A DNA stretch of 57,984 nt from Candidatus Bathyarchaeia archaeon. GTDB taxonomy: Archaea; Thermoproteota; Bathyarchaeia; Bathyarchaeales; Bathycorpusculaceae. The stretch lies in assembly GCA_049969855.1 (NCBI GenBank), contig JBMFOB010000007.1:1-57984 (forward strand), in the 5' to 3' direction. Below, one piece after another: positions 35,147 through 46,800 of this stretch; position 1 is the stretch's first letter, and the number at the start of each line of letters is the position of its first letter. The notes beneath the pieces were generated by a model that saw nothing but the letters and a program-made list of their open reading frames with translations, was not told where the DNA came from and did not search any database. A program made the position numbers and the translations under genes.

Positions 35147-36433
35147 GTGCTGAAACAAACACAAACATGGCAAAATAAATGGAAAACCAAAGCCACCACA
35201 AAACTCAACTGCCTAAAGGATGGGGCTTCCTTGAAAATAGCAATACTTTATAGCCACTTAAAAGAATTTGGAGGAGCTGAAAGAGTAATTCTAAAACAGG
35301 TTGACTTATTCCACAAAAAAGGTTACGATGCTGAATGTTTTTTCGCGTATGTGGATAAGAATATGCATAAAGAGTCTTCGAATCCCCATTGCTATACTAA
35401 AAGTTTTTTTTCACCATTAATCCCTAATACTCCAGCAGTAAGAATAATATTATCTATGCCTTTTGCACCACTAACATTGCCAACATTTAAAAAGGAAGAT
35501 GTTCTAATCTGTCATGGCTATGGTCCTGCTCCTTGGATTGGATATTTGAATAAAAAATTTAGAGGCTTAAAATATGTTAGCTATATTCATTCGCCTCCAA
35601 GATTTCTCTATTTAAACCATGGAGAAAGAGCGTTATGGAGATTTAATGATGTTCGTGAAATAATTTTTAGGTTAAGCAAAGTTGCCAGTCCATTCTTGAG
35701 AGAATTGGATTATCTTAGCGTTGTAAATTCTGATGTTGTTTTGGCAAACAGCTATTTCACGGCAAAAAGAATTAAAAATATTTATGGCGTGTCAGCAAAA
35801 GTTTGCTATCCACCCGTTGACATTGAAACTTTCAGAATTCTCGATGAAAAAATCGTTAAAGAAGTTCGCAAGGGTTTTGGTTGGCCCTTCATTCTTTCAA
35901 CTGGAAGGATAGTTGCGGTGAAGCGTTGGGAGTGGCTTCTGGAAATAATGACTTATATAGTGAAAGATTTTCCATTGGCAAAATTAGCCGTTACTGGTGA
36001 AATTTCAGAGGAAAACGCCAAATACATAAAGGAACTCTTGAAGCTTGCTAAGAAACTTAAAATAGATGGGAGGGTGAAATTTTTAGGTTTTAAATCTCAA
36101 ACGGAACTTGTGAAACTTTACAATGCTGCCGATGTTTACGTTTATTCCGTTCCAAGAGAAGATTTTGGATTAGGTCCAGTGGAAGCCATGGCATGTGGAA
36201 CACCGTCCGTTGTTTGGGATGATGGTGGCGGTCCATGCGAAACCGTGATTGACGGCAAAACTGGATTCAAGGCTAAGCCTTACGATGTTGAAGATTTTGC
36301 TGAGAAAACTTTGAAGGCTGTGGATATGGATAAGGCGGAAACCTCTAAAGCAACACGAAGCTTTGTAGAGGAAAATTTCTCTTGCCAAAAACATATGAAA
36401 ATCTTGGAAGAAACAATTCGAAAACTAAAGTAG
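35147..36433 (+). CDS. Glycosyltransferase family 4
   Basis: GGAER, GRI...K, EDFGLGPVEAMACG. True start may be TTG at 35231. Confidence 0.92.
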   Translation: MLKQTQTWQNKWKTKATTKLNCLKDGASLKIAILYSHLKEFGGAERVILKQVDLFHKKGYDAECFFAYVDKNMHKESSNPHCYTKSFFSPLIPNTPAVRIILSMPFAPLTLPTFKKEDVLICHGYGPAPWIGYLNKKFRGLKYVSYIHSPPRFLYLNHGERALWRFNDVREIIFRLSKVASPFLRELDYLSVVNSDVVLANSYFTAKRIKNIYGVSAKVCYPPVDIETFRILDEKIVKEVRKGFGWPFILSTGRIVAVKRWEWLLEIMTYIVKDFPLAKLAVTGEISEENAKYIKELLKLAKKLKIDGRVKFLGFKSQTELVKLYNAADVYVYSVPREDFGLGPVEAMACGTPSVVWDDGGGPCETVIDGKTGFKAKPYDVEDFAEKTLKAVDMDKAETSKATRSFVEENFSCQKHMKILEETIRKLK

Positions 36434-36460
36434 GGAATAGGCGAATTTTAAGGAATAAAA

Positions 36461-37705
36461 ATGGCTTATTGCACCGAAGCTTTTAGGTCGTGGCAGAAGA
36501 AAGTTTTTGTCATTTTTTTTCATCCCAGCGTTTCAGTAACTGCCCTAGGAGGGGCTGAGAAAAGATTTGTTGAAACCATGAAATTTCTTTGCAAGAGTGA
36601 AAGCCTGAAGATTACTGTTTTGGAGTCTTCGCCAAGTCTTTTGGCAATGCCTGAAATTAGCTGTCAAAAACATTTGTTGTCTTCTACTTTTTTTGGAAAG
36701 GGGTGGTTGAGCAATTATGTTGCGTGGGGTTTGTGGGTTGCTAAGGCTTTTTTGAAAAGTTTTCCTCTTGTTCGTCGTGAAAAGCCGAATTTCCTTTTTG
36801 TTCCAAATAATACATTGCCGAATCTTTTTTTAGGTTATGTCGTTTGTTCTGTTTTGCGTTTGCCTTTGGTTGTTATTGTCCACCACATTGATGTTCCTTT
36901 TTTCTGTGGAAAGCCGAATTGTTCGCTTTATCATTGTTATCGAATCATAGGATACGGCAGGCTTGTTTCGTTAATTAAGACTTTCACTTTTTATGTGACG
37001 CTTTCTCTTTTAAAAAGGGCAAGGGCGATAATTTCTGTTTCAAATTTTACTGCTAAGGCTTTAAGGGTTCATGGCGTTTCAAATGTTAAGATTTTTGTAA
37101 GCGGCAACGCTGTTAATGCCAAATACATAAGTAATGTTGAGCCTCTAAGTGCCAAAAAATGTTATGATGGAGTTTTTGTTGGCAGAATAGCCAAAGAAAA
37201 AGGGGTATTCGACATTTTGAACGTATGGAAAAAAGTTGTGGAAAAGAAGAATGAAGCGAAACTTTTGATTGTTGGAACAGGATTGGAGTTAGCTGCTGTT
37301 AAAGAGAAAATTGGCACTTTAGGTTTGGAAAACAAGGTTTTTCTTAGAGGACATTGCAGTGACAGAGAACTATACAGTTTGTTGAAGTCGAGTAAAATCT
37401 TCATATTTCCAAGCCTTTTCGAGGGTTGGGGGATTGCTGTTGCAGAAGCTTTAGCCTGCGGGTTGCCTGTTGTCGCTTATGATATTCCAGCTTTAAAGGA
37501 AAATTTTGGAGATTGCGAAAGCGTTTTCTTGGTTGCGGTTAAGGACTTTGAAGGAATGTCTTCAAAGATTCTAAATATCTTAAACATGCGCGAGAAGGAT
37601 TTGTGTAAACTTGGCAATTTTTCAGAAAATTTTTCTAGGCAGTTTGTTTGGGAAGAAGTTGCAAAGAAGGATTTAGCCTTCTTAGAAAATATTCTCTATG
37701 AGTAG
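36461..37705 (+). CDS. Glycosyltransferase family 4
   Basis: GGAEK, FVGRIAKEKG, PSLFEGWGIAVAEALACG. Confidence 0.92.
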   Translation: MAYCTEAFRSWQKKVFVIFFHPSVSVTALGGAEKRFVETMKFLCKSESLKITVLESSPSLLAMPEISCQKHLLSSTFFGKGWLSNYVAWGLWVAKAFLKSFPLVRREKPNFLFVPNNTLPNLFLGYVVCSVLRLPLVVIVHHIDVPFFCGKPNCSLYHCYRIIGYGRLVSLIKTFTFYVTLSLLKRARAIISVSNFTAKALRVHGVSNVKIFVSGNAVNAKYISNVEPLSAKKCYDGVFVGRIAKEKGVFDILNVWKKVVEKKNEAKLLIVGTGLELAAVKEKIGTLGLENKVFLRGHCSDRELYSLLKSSKIFIFPSLFEGWGIAVAEALACGLPVVAYDIPALKENFGDCESVFLVAVKDFEGMSSKILNILNMREKDLCKLGNFSENFSRQFVWEEVAKKDLAFLENILYE

Positions 37706-37729
37706 TGAACGTCTTAACGTTTAGAAATT

Positions 37730-37760
37730 ATAAAAAATTATAATAAAAAAAGGAAAATGG
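37730..37760 (-). terminator. Oligo-T terminator after the S-layer-like gene
   Basis: Minus-strand CCATTTTCCTTTTTTTTATTATAATTTTTT. Confidence 0.55.
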
Positions 37761-37773
37761 GGTTTTGGTTATT

Positions 37774-40700
37774 TTATGGGTCGTGTGGTGTTTTTTCGCT
37801 TATTGTTCCTAGACGTTCAATAATTTCGACGTATGGTAAGTGGGGGTCATAAGTATAGTATGGTGGCATTGGATTGGTTGTGCGTGCAGTGACGTTCTGA
37901 TAGTTTAATCTGATTACAAGTGTTGTTACTCCTCTGTTTATTGTTTGTAGGTAGTATATGCCGTATTCTTGGAACCATTTGCATGTGTAGTAGGTGTCGT
38001 CGCCGCTCCATCCGTGGATGAGGAAGCCCACGGTGCCGTTCAAGTCTTTATATGTTGTTATTACTCCTATTCCAGTGGTAGTGTTGCCAGTGTAGAATTG
38101 TCCGTCGCTGTAGTAGTATTGTCCCAAGTAGTTGCTTAGTGCCGTTGTGTTCCAGCATGTTGTTGCAAAGATTACGTCGCTTAAGAGGATGTTTGTCATT
38201 CCACCGTATATTTGGATGGCTTGTGAGAACTCGTTGAAGTATTCGCTGACGAGGTTCGCTGAGGGTCCTGCCACTGTTATGATGTTTGATGAGGCTACTG
38301 GATATCTAGTGCACCAGTCATCTTTTAATGCGAGTCTGCCTATGCTGTCATAGTAGTTGCACCATGCGGGTCCTGAAGGACGCCATGTTGTGTATCCCAT
38401 GCTTGTTAACATGCTTGGAATACGTGGACCCCACGCTGTGTCTGGCATGTCTAAACCGCCATTGTCCGCTATTACTTGTTTTTCTTTGAAGGCTTCCGCA
38501 ACCATTGCTGCACCAATCGAGTCAATAGCGCGTGAGTGGTTGCCAACAACTATCCATTCGTAGCGTCCCATCAAGCTTTTTGTTAAGGAAGCATCTGCAA
38601 TTGTATAATTGGCTATCACGCTAGTGTAGCCATCCGTATAGATTACTGTGTGGTTTGTTCTAAGTAAGATGCTTCCTGTTACGTGAACCCATTCATGTTC
38701 TGGCGGTGTAATGCTATACCGTATGGTCATGTTTCCGCTGTAGGTAATATTGTAACGAGCACCAAGTTCGCTTGCGTAGTATGTTGAGTTGTAAGCTGTA
38801 ACGTAGCCTCCGTCTGGCGGAACCTTTATGTCAACTGTTATGTTAAAGTCGTCTAAGCCTGTCAACAGTTGGCCTTGTGAAGGAGTGCCTGTCATGTTAA
38901 CTATGAATTCGTCGTATAGCACCGTTATGTTTTGAATTATGTTGAGCGGGTCTTGCCATTGCGTGGAGTTTATAACATTATTCGGGATTATTTGTACCGG
39001 AGTATTATACGTAATCTGTGTTCTGCTAGCGTTTCCGAATCGGAGTGTTCCGCCGTAGTAGTTTGCAATTTCATCTTCCGTATAGGAGATTGTGCAGTTT
39101 GTTGAGTACAATATTTTTATTACAGTTCCAGCAGAGGGAACAGAGGCTGCACGGATCGTAATGGTTCCATAACCTGTTTCGTTGACGTAGAGTTCGTAGG
39201 GTTCATACGCTGACAAACTTGAACCTGAATAGTAGACGGATCTCGCTGGATACTTTAGTTCGCCTCCCCATATGACGCGTTCGCTGAAGTTGCAGTAGTC
39301 TTCCCAAACCGGCGAATATCTTACTGGTCTATATGTGAGTGTTATGTTTAGGTTTGTTCCGCTGGCTGCTGAAGCGTTTTCAGCGGCTGTTACTGTATGA
39401 AATTCCACCCACCTTCTCGTATCCTTGTGTATTGCACTGTACAAGTCCCATGGGTTGAAAATCTCTTCAAGCTGATATTGCACTTCCATATCGATATGAT
39501 TAGCGCCCGTGTAATCGTGATCGTTTCCATCCCAAAGATCAGTAACGCCGTAAACTGTTACACCCCTGAATTGTCTGTCATAGTAGCGGCTGCCAACACT
39601 GGTTCTCGTTTCCATTAAGAAGAAGTCCCATTCGCCAATTAAGTAAGGCGAACGGAATGGTTCTCCGCCCTGTCCATCTGTAGTATGCGTATCTCCAGCC
39701 ATCAAAGACTTCCACCACTGATCTAATCTGCCAGCATCAACGCTCCAATCAGAAAGCGAAGGCCAAAAGGCAGCCCAGCCTACATAGGCTTGATCTGCAG
39801 ATATTATTTGAGCCAAATCATAGGTTCCACTGCTGCCTGGTTGAGTGCCGTAAGAGGAGTAAGTGTTGGCTGCAAGGGTTGGGTTTAAATGATATTCATT
39901 GTTGTATACTGTACTTAATGCTTCGTCGCCTCGATAAAGGTGAACGTAGCTTTGAAAGGCACTTGCGCCTGAACTTGGACCAAGATCCCATTCGCCTCTG
40001 TTGCTAAACTGGATAATAAGACCGGAGGCGCTTGTCTGTGTTCCTGGTACTGTAATTGGGCCTACCACGAATTTTGTTGTTGTAATTTTGATATCCTTTA
40101 GGATAATCACTTCTTTACTGACTTTGTTGAAAATGTAGGTGAAGACTACATCAACTAATGGCTCATCTGTTCCAGTGGTGTTACTTGTTTGTATCCAGTC
40201 TTTAACGTGATTGACAGTTCTAGCAATATACATTCTTGGTCCATTATACAAAACACGAATGTCATCTGTTGTCACGGTTCCATTGGTTTTTCTTCCACCA
40301 GTATAAGTCGTAGAAGTTGGATTACTTATTAAGCGTCCAGGATCCCTCGGATCTTCTTCCCATTCATAAGTTGGTCCACCTGAAACTCCACCATACCAGT
40401 CGTTGTCTACCCTCAACCAGTCGTTTCCATAGCTTGTGAGATCTGCATGCAATGCACATGCCCAAACATTTCTAATTGTACCAGTCGGCACATGATAGTA
40501 TGTTATATTTATTAACCATCCTTGACTCCACTTGTGCTTTGGTATTGCATCAGGAACGGATGAACCTGCTGGGGGTGCAAAGGGATCTCTTGTATCATAT
40601 TCCAGACCTATATTGTATGATGCTCTGCTGTCGATTAACTCTCCAAACTTTGAAAAACCAAATTTCAAGTTTTTCTTTTCAAAGGGGTAAAGCGAATAAT

Positions 40701-40851
40701 AATCGTCTGCCAAGACGCCTGAAACGTTTGTATACCAACTATTTTCATCTGCAACTACAGGCTTTAATAGCATTAGCGGTGAGAAGATTGCTGTTGCAAT
40801 AACTGCGGCTATTAGTATTGCAAGTATTTTCTTTCTTCTTTCCATTTTCAT
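37774..40851 (-). CDS. Putative S-layer protein / major surface glycoprotein
   Basis: Sec signal peptide; T/Y/G/N-rich with many sequons; DSIGAAMVA and IITVAGPSAN resemble archaeal S_layer_N/C motifs; flanked by glycosyltransferases; no C-terminal TM. Confidence 0.6.
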   Translation of the reverse strand: MKMERRKKILAILIAAVIATAIFSPLMLLKPVVADENSWYTNVSGVLADDYYSLYPFEKKNLKFGFSKFGELIDSRASYNIGLEYDTRDPFAPPAGSSVPDAIPKHKWSQGWLINITYYHVPTGTIRNVWACALHADLTSYGNDWLRVDNDWYGGVSGGPTYEWEEDPRDPGRLISNPTSTTYTGGRKTNGTVTTDDIRVLYNGPRMYIARTVNHVKDWIQTSNTTGTDEPLVDVVFTYIFNKVSKEVIILKDIKITTTKFVVGPITVPGTQTSASGLIIQFSNRGEWDLGPSSGASAFQSYVHLYRGDEALSTVYNNEYHLNPTLAANTYSSYGTQPGSSGTYDLAQIISADQAYVGWAAFWPSLSDWSVDAGRLDQWWKSLMAGDTHTTDGQGGEPFRSPYLIGEWDFFLMETRTSVGSRYYDRQFRGVTVYGVTDLWDGNDHDYTGANHIDMEVQYQLEEIFNPWDLYSAIHKDTRRWVEFHTVTAAENASAASGTNLNITLTYRPVRYSPVWEDYCNFSERVIWGGELKYPARSVYYSGSSLSAYEPYELYVNETGYGTITIRAASVPSAGTVIKILYSTNCTISYTEDEIANYYGGTLRFGNASRTQITYNTPVQIIPNNVINSTQWQDPLNIIQNITVLYDEFIVNMTGTPSQGQLLTGLDDFNITVDIKVPPDGGYVTAYNSTYYASELGARYNITYSGNMTIRYSITPPEHEWVHVTGSILLRTNHTVIYTDGYTSVIANYTIADASLTKSLMGRYEWIVVGNHSRAIDSIGAAMVAEAFKEKQVIADNGGLDMPDTAWGPRIPSMLTSMGYTTWRPSGPAWCNYYDSIGRLALKDDWCTRYPVASSNIITVAGPSANLVSEYFNEFSQAIQIYGGMTNILLSDVIFATTCWNTTALSNYLGQYYYSDGQFYTGNTTTGIGVITTYKDLNGTVGFLIHGWSGDDTYYTCKWFQEYGIYYLQTINRGVTTLVIRLNYQNVTARTTNPMPPYYTYDPHLPYVEIIERLGTISEKTPHDP

Positions 40852-40963
40852 TCCTCTTTATGGGTCATGTATGAAAGCGTGGCACGTTTATTAAAAATTT
40901 TTTTAGTGGTTCTGATTCAGATTTAGAACAAAAACCAAAAAATTGCTCAAACAAAAAACAAAA

Positions 40964-41719
40964 CTAACCAGAACGTTTTAAACCATTCAAAATTCTATAT
41001 CTAAAAACCAAAACCAAATAACCGACCACAGTTGAAAACAAGCGCATTTTACTAGCACCCCCCTTCTTTCCATAATCAAGAAAAATTGGAACCTCGTCCA
41101 CCACGCCTCCAGAAGCCACAGCCTTTAACAGCAACTCTAAGGAAGCCGTGAAACCGCTCGATTCTATAATAGAGTCTTGAAACACATTACATAGTCGCTT
41201 AAGAAAACTAGCCCTAAAACAACGAAAACCACTGGTAGCATCTTTCAAACGCAACCGAAATAACTTCTCAATCAAAAGGTTAACCATTCTGCTTAAAATC
41301 ACCCTATGCAAAGGAACATTCAACTGTGCACCGCCATCCACATAGCGGGAGCCCACAATCACATCAGCGTGTTCTGCAGCTGTCAACATGTCTAAAACAT
41401 ATTTGGGATCATGAGTATTATCAGAATCCATTGTAACAACAAAATCATCATCAAAAGCCTCATCAACAGCTGCAATCAAACCAGTCTTTAAAGCAGCGGC
41501 TAAACCACAATTTTTAGGATGCTCCAAAACCTTCACTGGAAACTCGGCAGAGAGATCTTTCAGTATCTCGCCTGTTCTGTCATAGCTTCCATCGTTTACC
41601 GCAATAATTTGATAAGATAAGTTTGGACCTAAGGCTTCATTAATCGAATGAATGAGGGGCTTAAGGTTTCGCTCTTCATTGAAGCATGGAAGAACAACAA
41701 AACATTTCATGATTTTCAC
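40964..41719 (-). CDS. GT2 polyprenol/dolichol-phosphate glycosyltransferase (DPM1-like)
   Basis: LPCFNE, NDGSYD, MDSDNTHDP, GSRY, DATSGFRC and G.SKM motifs. Confidence 0.9.
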   Translation of the reverse strand: MKIMKCFVVLPCFNEERNLKPLIHSINEALGPNLSYQIIAVNDGSYDRTGEILKDLSAEFPVKVLEHPKNCGLAAALKTGLIAAVDEAFDDDFVVTMDSDNTHDPKYVLDMLTAAEHADVIVGSRYVDGGAQLNVPLHRVILSRMVNLLIEKLFRLRLKDATSGFRCFRASFLKRLCNVFQDSIIESSGFTASLELLLKAVASGGVVDEVPIFLDYGKKGGASKMRLFSTVVGYLVLVFRYRILNGLKRSG

Positions 41720-41836
41720 TTGAAATTTCCAATGAAACTCGATGAAGCATTAAAATAGGCTTTAAGGAGAGTTCGGATTCAAAATCAAAATAATACATTA
41801 AGAAGATAAACGGACACAATAAAGCGAAACGGTAAC

Positions 41837-43012
41837 ATGAACCTCAACCCAAACAGAATAAAAGAGGTAGTGATTATAGTCATATTTTCGCGGTTACTAA
41901 TTTTTTTGATAGCAGTGTTAAGCGATTGCATGATAGCGGACTGTCAGTTTCCCTTTCAAACTCCACACGTTGATATTCCCGTTTTTGGACTCTTTGCCAA
42001 ATGGGATTCTTTCTATTACCTTGACATTGCAACCCATGGCTATAGTTTAAAAACCGACCTATGGGCCTTCCGCCCTTTTTATCCCATAATGTTGTGGTTA
42101 ATTGGTTCTCCTTTTACATGGTATCTGGGCAAATGGGAATCTTTTCTCATAGCGGGCTTAATTTGGAACATGTTCGCCTTTGTTCTGGCAGTCGTTTACC
42201 TTTACAAACTTACTACGCTGATTCTAAGCGAAGAACATGCGTACCAAACCATTTTGCTATTATCTTTATTTCCAAGCAGCGTCTTCTTCACAGCAATTTA
42301 CCCAGAATCAACATACCTTCTCCTAACCGTTGCATCTTTTTATTATCTTGAAAAGGACAAATTTTTCCGAGCCATAATATTGGCTGCACTCGCAGGCTTC
42401 ACAAGACCTGAAGGCTTACTAATATTTATTCCATTCCTGTTAAAGGCTCTAAATCTAAAAGGTAGCAAAAAACTCGAGCTGCTAATAGGTTCAGCCATTA
42501 TAGTTTACACGCTTCCCGCCTTCATGCTTTACGGATACATTATAACGGATGATCCATACATACCTTTTAAAGCTGAAACCCAGTGGCCTAAAGCAACACT
42601 TTATAACTTGTTAACCTGTGCTTACCGCGAGGAATTGGTGAATGAAAGTGTTGATAGGCTAGCTGCATACTTTATCTCTACAATCATTTTAATAATCGCC
42701 ATTTTTTCCATTCTAATATTGTTGCCGAAATTCCGAAATCTAAAAGATTCTTTGTGGGCTAAATTGATGCTGATTTGGCGTGATAAAAAGATGCCTTACT
42801 ATGCTTGGGCAATTTCACTTTTAGGCGCCCTCCTTTTTCAAGGAGGCTATGCTGGACTTCCAAGGTTTGCTTCTACCTTATTCCCAATTTTGTGGGGCAA
42901 CACCATATGGATTAACAAACGCCAATTAAGAACACATATGCTGCTTTCATTTTACACTTGCCTCATGACTTTGGGAACGGCACTTTTTGTTAATTGGTAC
43001 TACTTCCTATAG
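41837..43012 (+). CDS. GT-C mannosyltransferase, PIG-V/GPI-MT2-like
   Basis: KWDSFYYLDIATHGY...AFRPFYP, FFTAIYPES, TRPEG and PRF motifs; multi-TM. Confidence 0.8.
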   Translation: MNLNPNRIKEVVIIVIFSRLLIFLIAVLSDCMIADCQFPFQTPHVDIPVFGLFAKWDSFYYLDIATHGYSLKTDLWAFRPFYPIMLWLIGSPFTWYLGKWESFLIAGLIWNMFAFVLAVVYLYKLTTLILSEEHAYQTILLLSLFPSSVFFTAIYPESTYLLLTVASFYYLEKDKFFRAIILAALAGFTRPEGLLIFIPFLLKALNLKGSKKLELLIGSAIIVYTLPAFMLYGYIITDDPYIPFKAETQWPKATLYNLLTCAYREELVNESVDRLAAYFISTIILIIAIFSILILLPKFRNLKDSLWAKLMLIWRDKKMPYYAWAISLLGALLFQGGYAGLPRFASTLFPILWGNTIWINKRQLRTHMLLSFYTCLMTLGTALFVNWYYFL

Positions 43013-43866
43013 GCTATGTGTTCTAATTTTTTAAAAAGCAATATTTTTCCTATAGAAAGAAAAGCAAAAGGAGTTTCACCCAACTTGTAATCCAATGGTC
43101 TTGCAAGAAAAACTGTAATCCTTGAAAGAAAAGAGAGGAAATCAGCTGAAATAAAGGCGTTTTTTCTGGTTAGAAAATAATAAACGTCTCTACTGAATGA
43201 ACTTGCATATTTCCTTAAACCAAGAAAGGTTATTGGAAAGGACAAGTCTACAGCACGCCAATAAACAAGATTTGCGCCAGCTTTTTGAAACTCTTGAATA
43301 TACTTCTTCATAGTCCTAATGCGAAGGTGACTCGTATTCCTTTTTAACGTAAAATGAGGCGCCATTTCAAAGAGCAAAATGCATCTACCAGGTTTTGTGA
43401 CACGAACCATTTCATATACCGCTTTTTCCCATTTTTCTTCATCAAAAATGTGCTGAAGAACCGTTACGCAATTAACCATGTCATAAACATTATCTGGAAA
43501 GTTAAGCTCTGAAACGTTCATTAAGTGAAAATTCACGTTTTCCAATTTTCCCTTTTGCAGTCGCTTTCTGGCAAGTTCGATCATTTTTGAACTTATATCT
43601 ATGGCTGTTACCGTGCAACCCATTTTTGCAAAAGTTTCTGTCCATTTGCCGGGGCCGCAGCCTACATCCAAAACTTTTGCGGGACGCTCAAGTTTAATGA
43701 CGTTTTCAACTACATTCATGACAAAGTCTCTAGCTCTTTTATCAGCATAATCGGCAAGCCAGTTCCTTGCGGCTTTTCTCCATTTCTCCAGACGAACCTT
43801 CTTTTCATGCTCTTCAGCCTCTAAAGCCACATGGTCCCAATATTCCTCTAATACTTTCTCTTTCAA
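43000..43866 (-). CDS. Class I SAM-dependent methyltransferase
   Basis: VLDVGCGPG, IDIS..MI, VLQH, RVTKPG; 4-bp overlap with the upstream GT fusion. Confidence 0.9.
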   Translation of the reverse strand: MKEKVLEEYWDHVALEAEEHEKKVRLEKWRKAARNWLADYADKRARDFVMNVVENVIKLERPAKVLDVGCGPGKWTETFAKMGCTVTAIDISSKMIELARKRLQKGKLENVNFHLMNVSELNFPDNVYDMVNCVTVLQHIFDEEKWEKAVYEMVRVTKPGRCILLFEMAPHFTLKRNTSHLRIRTMKKYIQEFQKAGANLVYWRAVDLSFPITFLGLRKYASSFSRDVYYFLTRKNAFISADFLSFLSRITVFLARPLDYKLGETPFAFLSIGKILLFKKLEHIAYRK

Positions 43867-46800
43867 GGCTTCAACTTCCTCTTGAGAGCTTTAGTTTTGG
43901 AAATTAGTTTATTGAAAAATTTGGATGGTGTAAGAATTACAGCTGCAATAAAAATGAGGCTTGTTAATGCAATCTTTAACCCAACATCTACGTATGTTTG
44001 GCCCGTAAACTGTATTGTCATGGTTAAGTTTCCAGTTTTGTTTACGAAGAAACCGTTTACAATAGAATAAATTGGAACCGGAGAAATTTCTTCATCACCT
44101 ACTAAAGCTTTCCATAAAGGATTATAAGATTCGGAAAGCACAAGCAGAAATGGCTCGCTCGCATTGACCCGCACCTTATAGGTGCATGGGTTTACCTTTT
44201 CATATTCCACTGCGGGAGCGTTCGTTTTGCATGTGAATAATTCTGAAAGGTTTAGGTTTTCATTTTCTGATAGCGAATAAAGAAGTATTTGTCCTATCCC
44301 CACTTTTCCAATAGTGCCTATGCTTAACCTTTGCTCGCCAGCATTCAAACGGAAAGTTCCCGCATCAAACCATTCATATTTGTTTGAGCTGTTGGAAAGG
44401 GAAATTTCAGAGGTTTTTTCGCCTAATTTCAAGTATATTTTTCCATTTTCAGATGTTGAATTTACACGTATGAAGCATCGATAGTTTCCATCCCTTAAAA
44501 TAGATAAAGTTGTTGAAGTTGCAATTTTGTACGTTTCAAGTTCCCATATGCTTACTAAGGGCCATGTGGAAAAAGCAGTTATATAAATTCGCAACTTTGT
44601 GGTGTTTATTGGTTTTTCAAAAATGTGGAGGCAGGAAATGCCATTGTTAATTTGTGGACAACTAGTTCCATCAACTTCGCTCATGTTGACGAGGGTTAGC
44701 CATTCGGATTTTTCATCGTCCCAAGCTTGTATTAGATAATCTTTTGCGTATGCAGTTTCGAAAAGCACTTTAACGGCAACTATCTCTTGCGGATTTGTCC
44801 AGTTTATTTGAAGCCATTGAGGGGCGGTTTGGTTTAGGGCTGAAGCCCATCTTGTGGTTAAGTTTCCATCAGCAGCATATTTTGCTTCGTACTCAACATT
44901 TTGAAGAATCTGTGTTGAACTGGCTGAAATGGTTCCTTCGGGAGAAATGTTGAGGAGGGCATCTTCACCACTAAGCGCATGTCCTTCATAAGGTTCAACT
45001 TTGATCGTCCATTTTTGAATCTTGTTTTCTTCAAGGAAGTCTTCAGGCTGGATCACATGTATTATTTTGTTTTCGGAAGATTGTATTTTTTCTATAAACT
45101 CGTTAAGCTTTGCTTGAAATATAGATTTTTCAACTATGCAGATTGCTTCTACATCGTTGTATCCGCTTCCGTCATTTTGTAAAGTCAAAATGTGACTGCC
45201 GTTTTTGATGTTTAAATTAGCCACTTTAACCCACTTAACTGCGACCCAGTAATCAGCGGTTGGAGCGATTTCTGTAAGAAACTCGTCGTCAATGTATAAG
45301 TTCAATTTTCCTCTGTCTGGTGCGAAGGCTATTCTAATCCAAAGTTCGTACTCTCCATCCGAATTCACTGCGAATGGAATTTGCACCTTATTCTTTCCAC
45401 ATGTTGTTAGAGTTTCTTCGCCGGGAGCCAGTTTGCCCATGTCTCTCCAGAAAGAGGTGCTTATCCAATATTTTTTTTTGTCCGAGCTTGGAACAGCATA
45501 ATCTTTAGTCTTAATGAATTTTGCAGAATCGCCAAGGAGTGGTATGACGATGTCTGTCAGATTTGCACCGCTGGTGAGAACCAAAGCTTTTGAAAAATCA
45601 ATTTTTCCATTAGAAAGAATTTGTTCGGCACTGTTAGGATTTATGAAAAAAAGTGCGGTTTCATTAAGGTTAAATGAGTCTATTTTGCATAGAGATGGAA
45701 AAGTTTCTAATCCGCCAGTTACAATCACAAAATCTTTTGGAGAAAAAATTTCCTGGGTGAAATAGCCATTTTCAACTATTAAGGAATTGCTCTCATTGTA
45801 AATTATGCTGCTGCCTTCTTGGTTCAGAATAAAGTTTTTCACTTTTTCGCTGCTGTAAGATGGTATTACAACGTATTTATAATCGAATAACCCGAGAATT
45901 TTAAGGAAATCATCAGTTGCATTGCTGTAGACGAGACCTTGCCTCAAATAGTCGACAAAAGCTTTTGACGCTGGTTCCCATCCGCCATCTTGTAGTACGG
46001 GTTTATCATGGAAAATAGAACTGTCAAAACCTATATCATGAACCCAACCTATCTCGTTAAGCATGCGACAAAAAGCAAAGTCTGTTCCAGCGTTCGGGTC
46101 ATTTTCCCATTCTCCAGGACTTTTGTTAACTGTTATAATCTTATACTGTCCAGGTTGTTCAGCCATCCATTGAAATGGCTCCACGTAATCTTTAGGAATT
46201 TTATACGTGAGTAAACCGTTATAGAAGAAAAACCAACATGATATTGGTCCGCTTAAAATTATTAAAATCATAATAGCTATGCCAGCAAAACGGAAAATCT
46301 TTCTAAACGCACTGAACCACTTGCTTAAAAAGTTGATGGATACATAAAATTCTTTAACATGCTTATGTCTGAAATTTTCCATTTTAACGCTTAAAACATT
46401 GTTTTTCGATTTTTCTGGTTTTTTAACGATGTAGTTAAGTAGAAAGGTGACGAATAATGCTACAAAAAAAGCGTTAGAAAAGGCTGTCATCATCTCCCAC
46501 CTGCTTGGTCTGCGGAAAACAGCAAAATAGGGTATGTTTAACCATGCCCAAGTGAAGAAATCGCCGACGGGAGGATTAGGACCCTTGGATATAAAAACTG
46601 AAATTACAGAAGCCATCAAAAAGAAAACCGTATACCTATCTCTCCGAACTAATATAGCAGAATAAGAGATTAGAAAAATGCAAAATAGGAAAGTTTGAAC
46701 TGGAAAATCAGGCAAGCCAAAACCTCGGATATTAACAATTTTTATGTATCCCCCCTCTTCTGTTGCCCCTAATGTGAAGGCTTCCGTGAGATTTGCCGCG

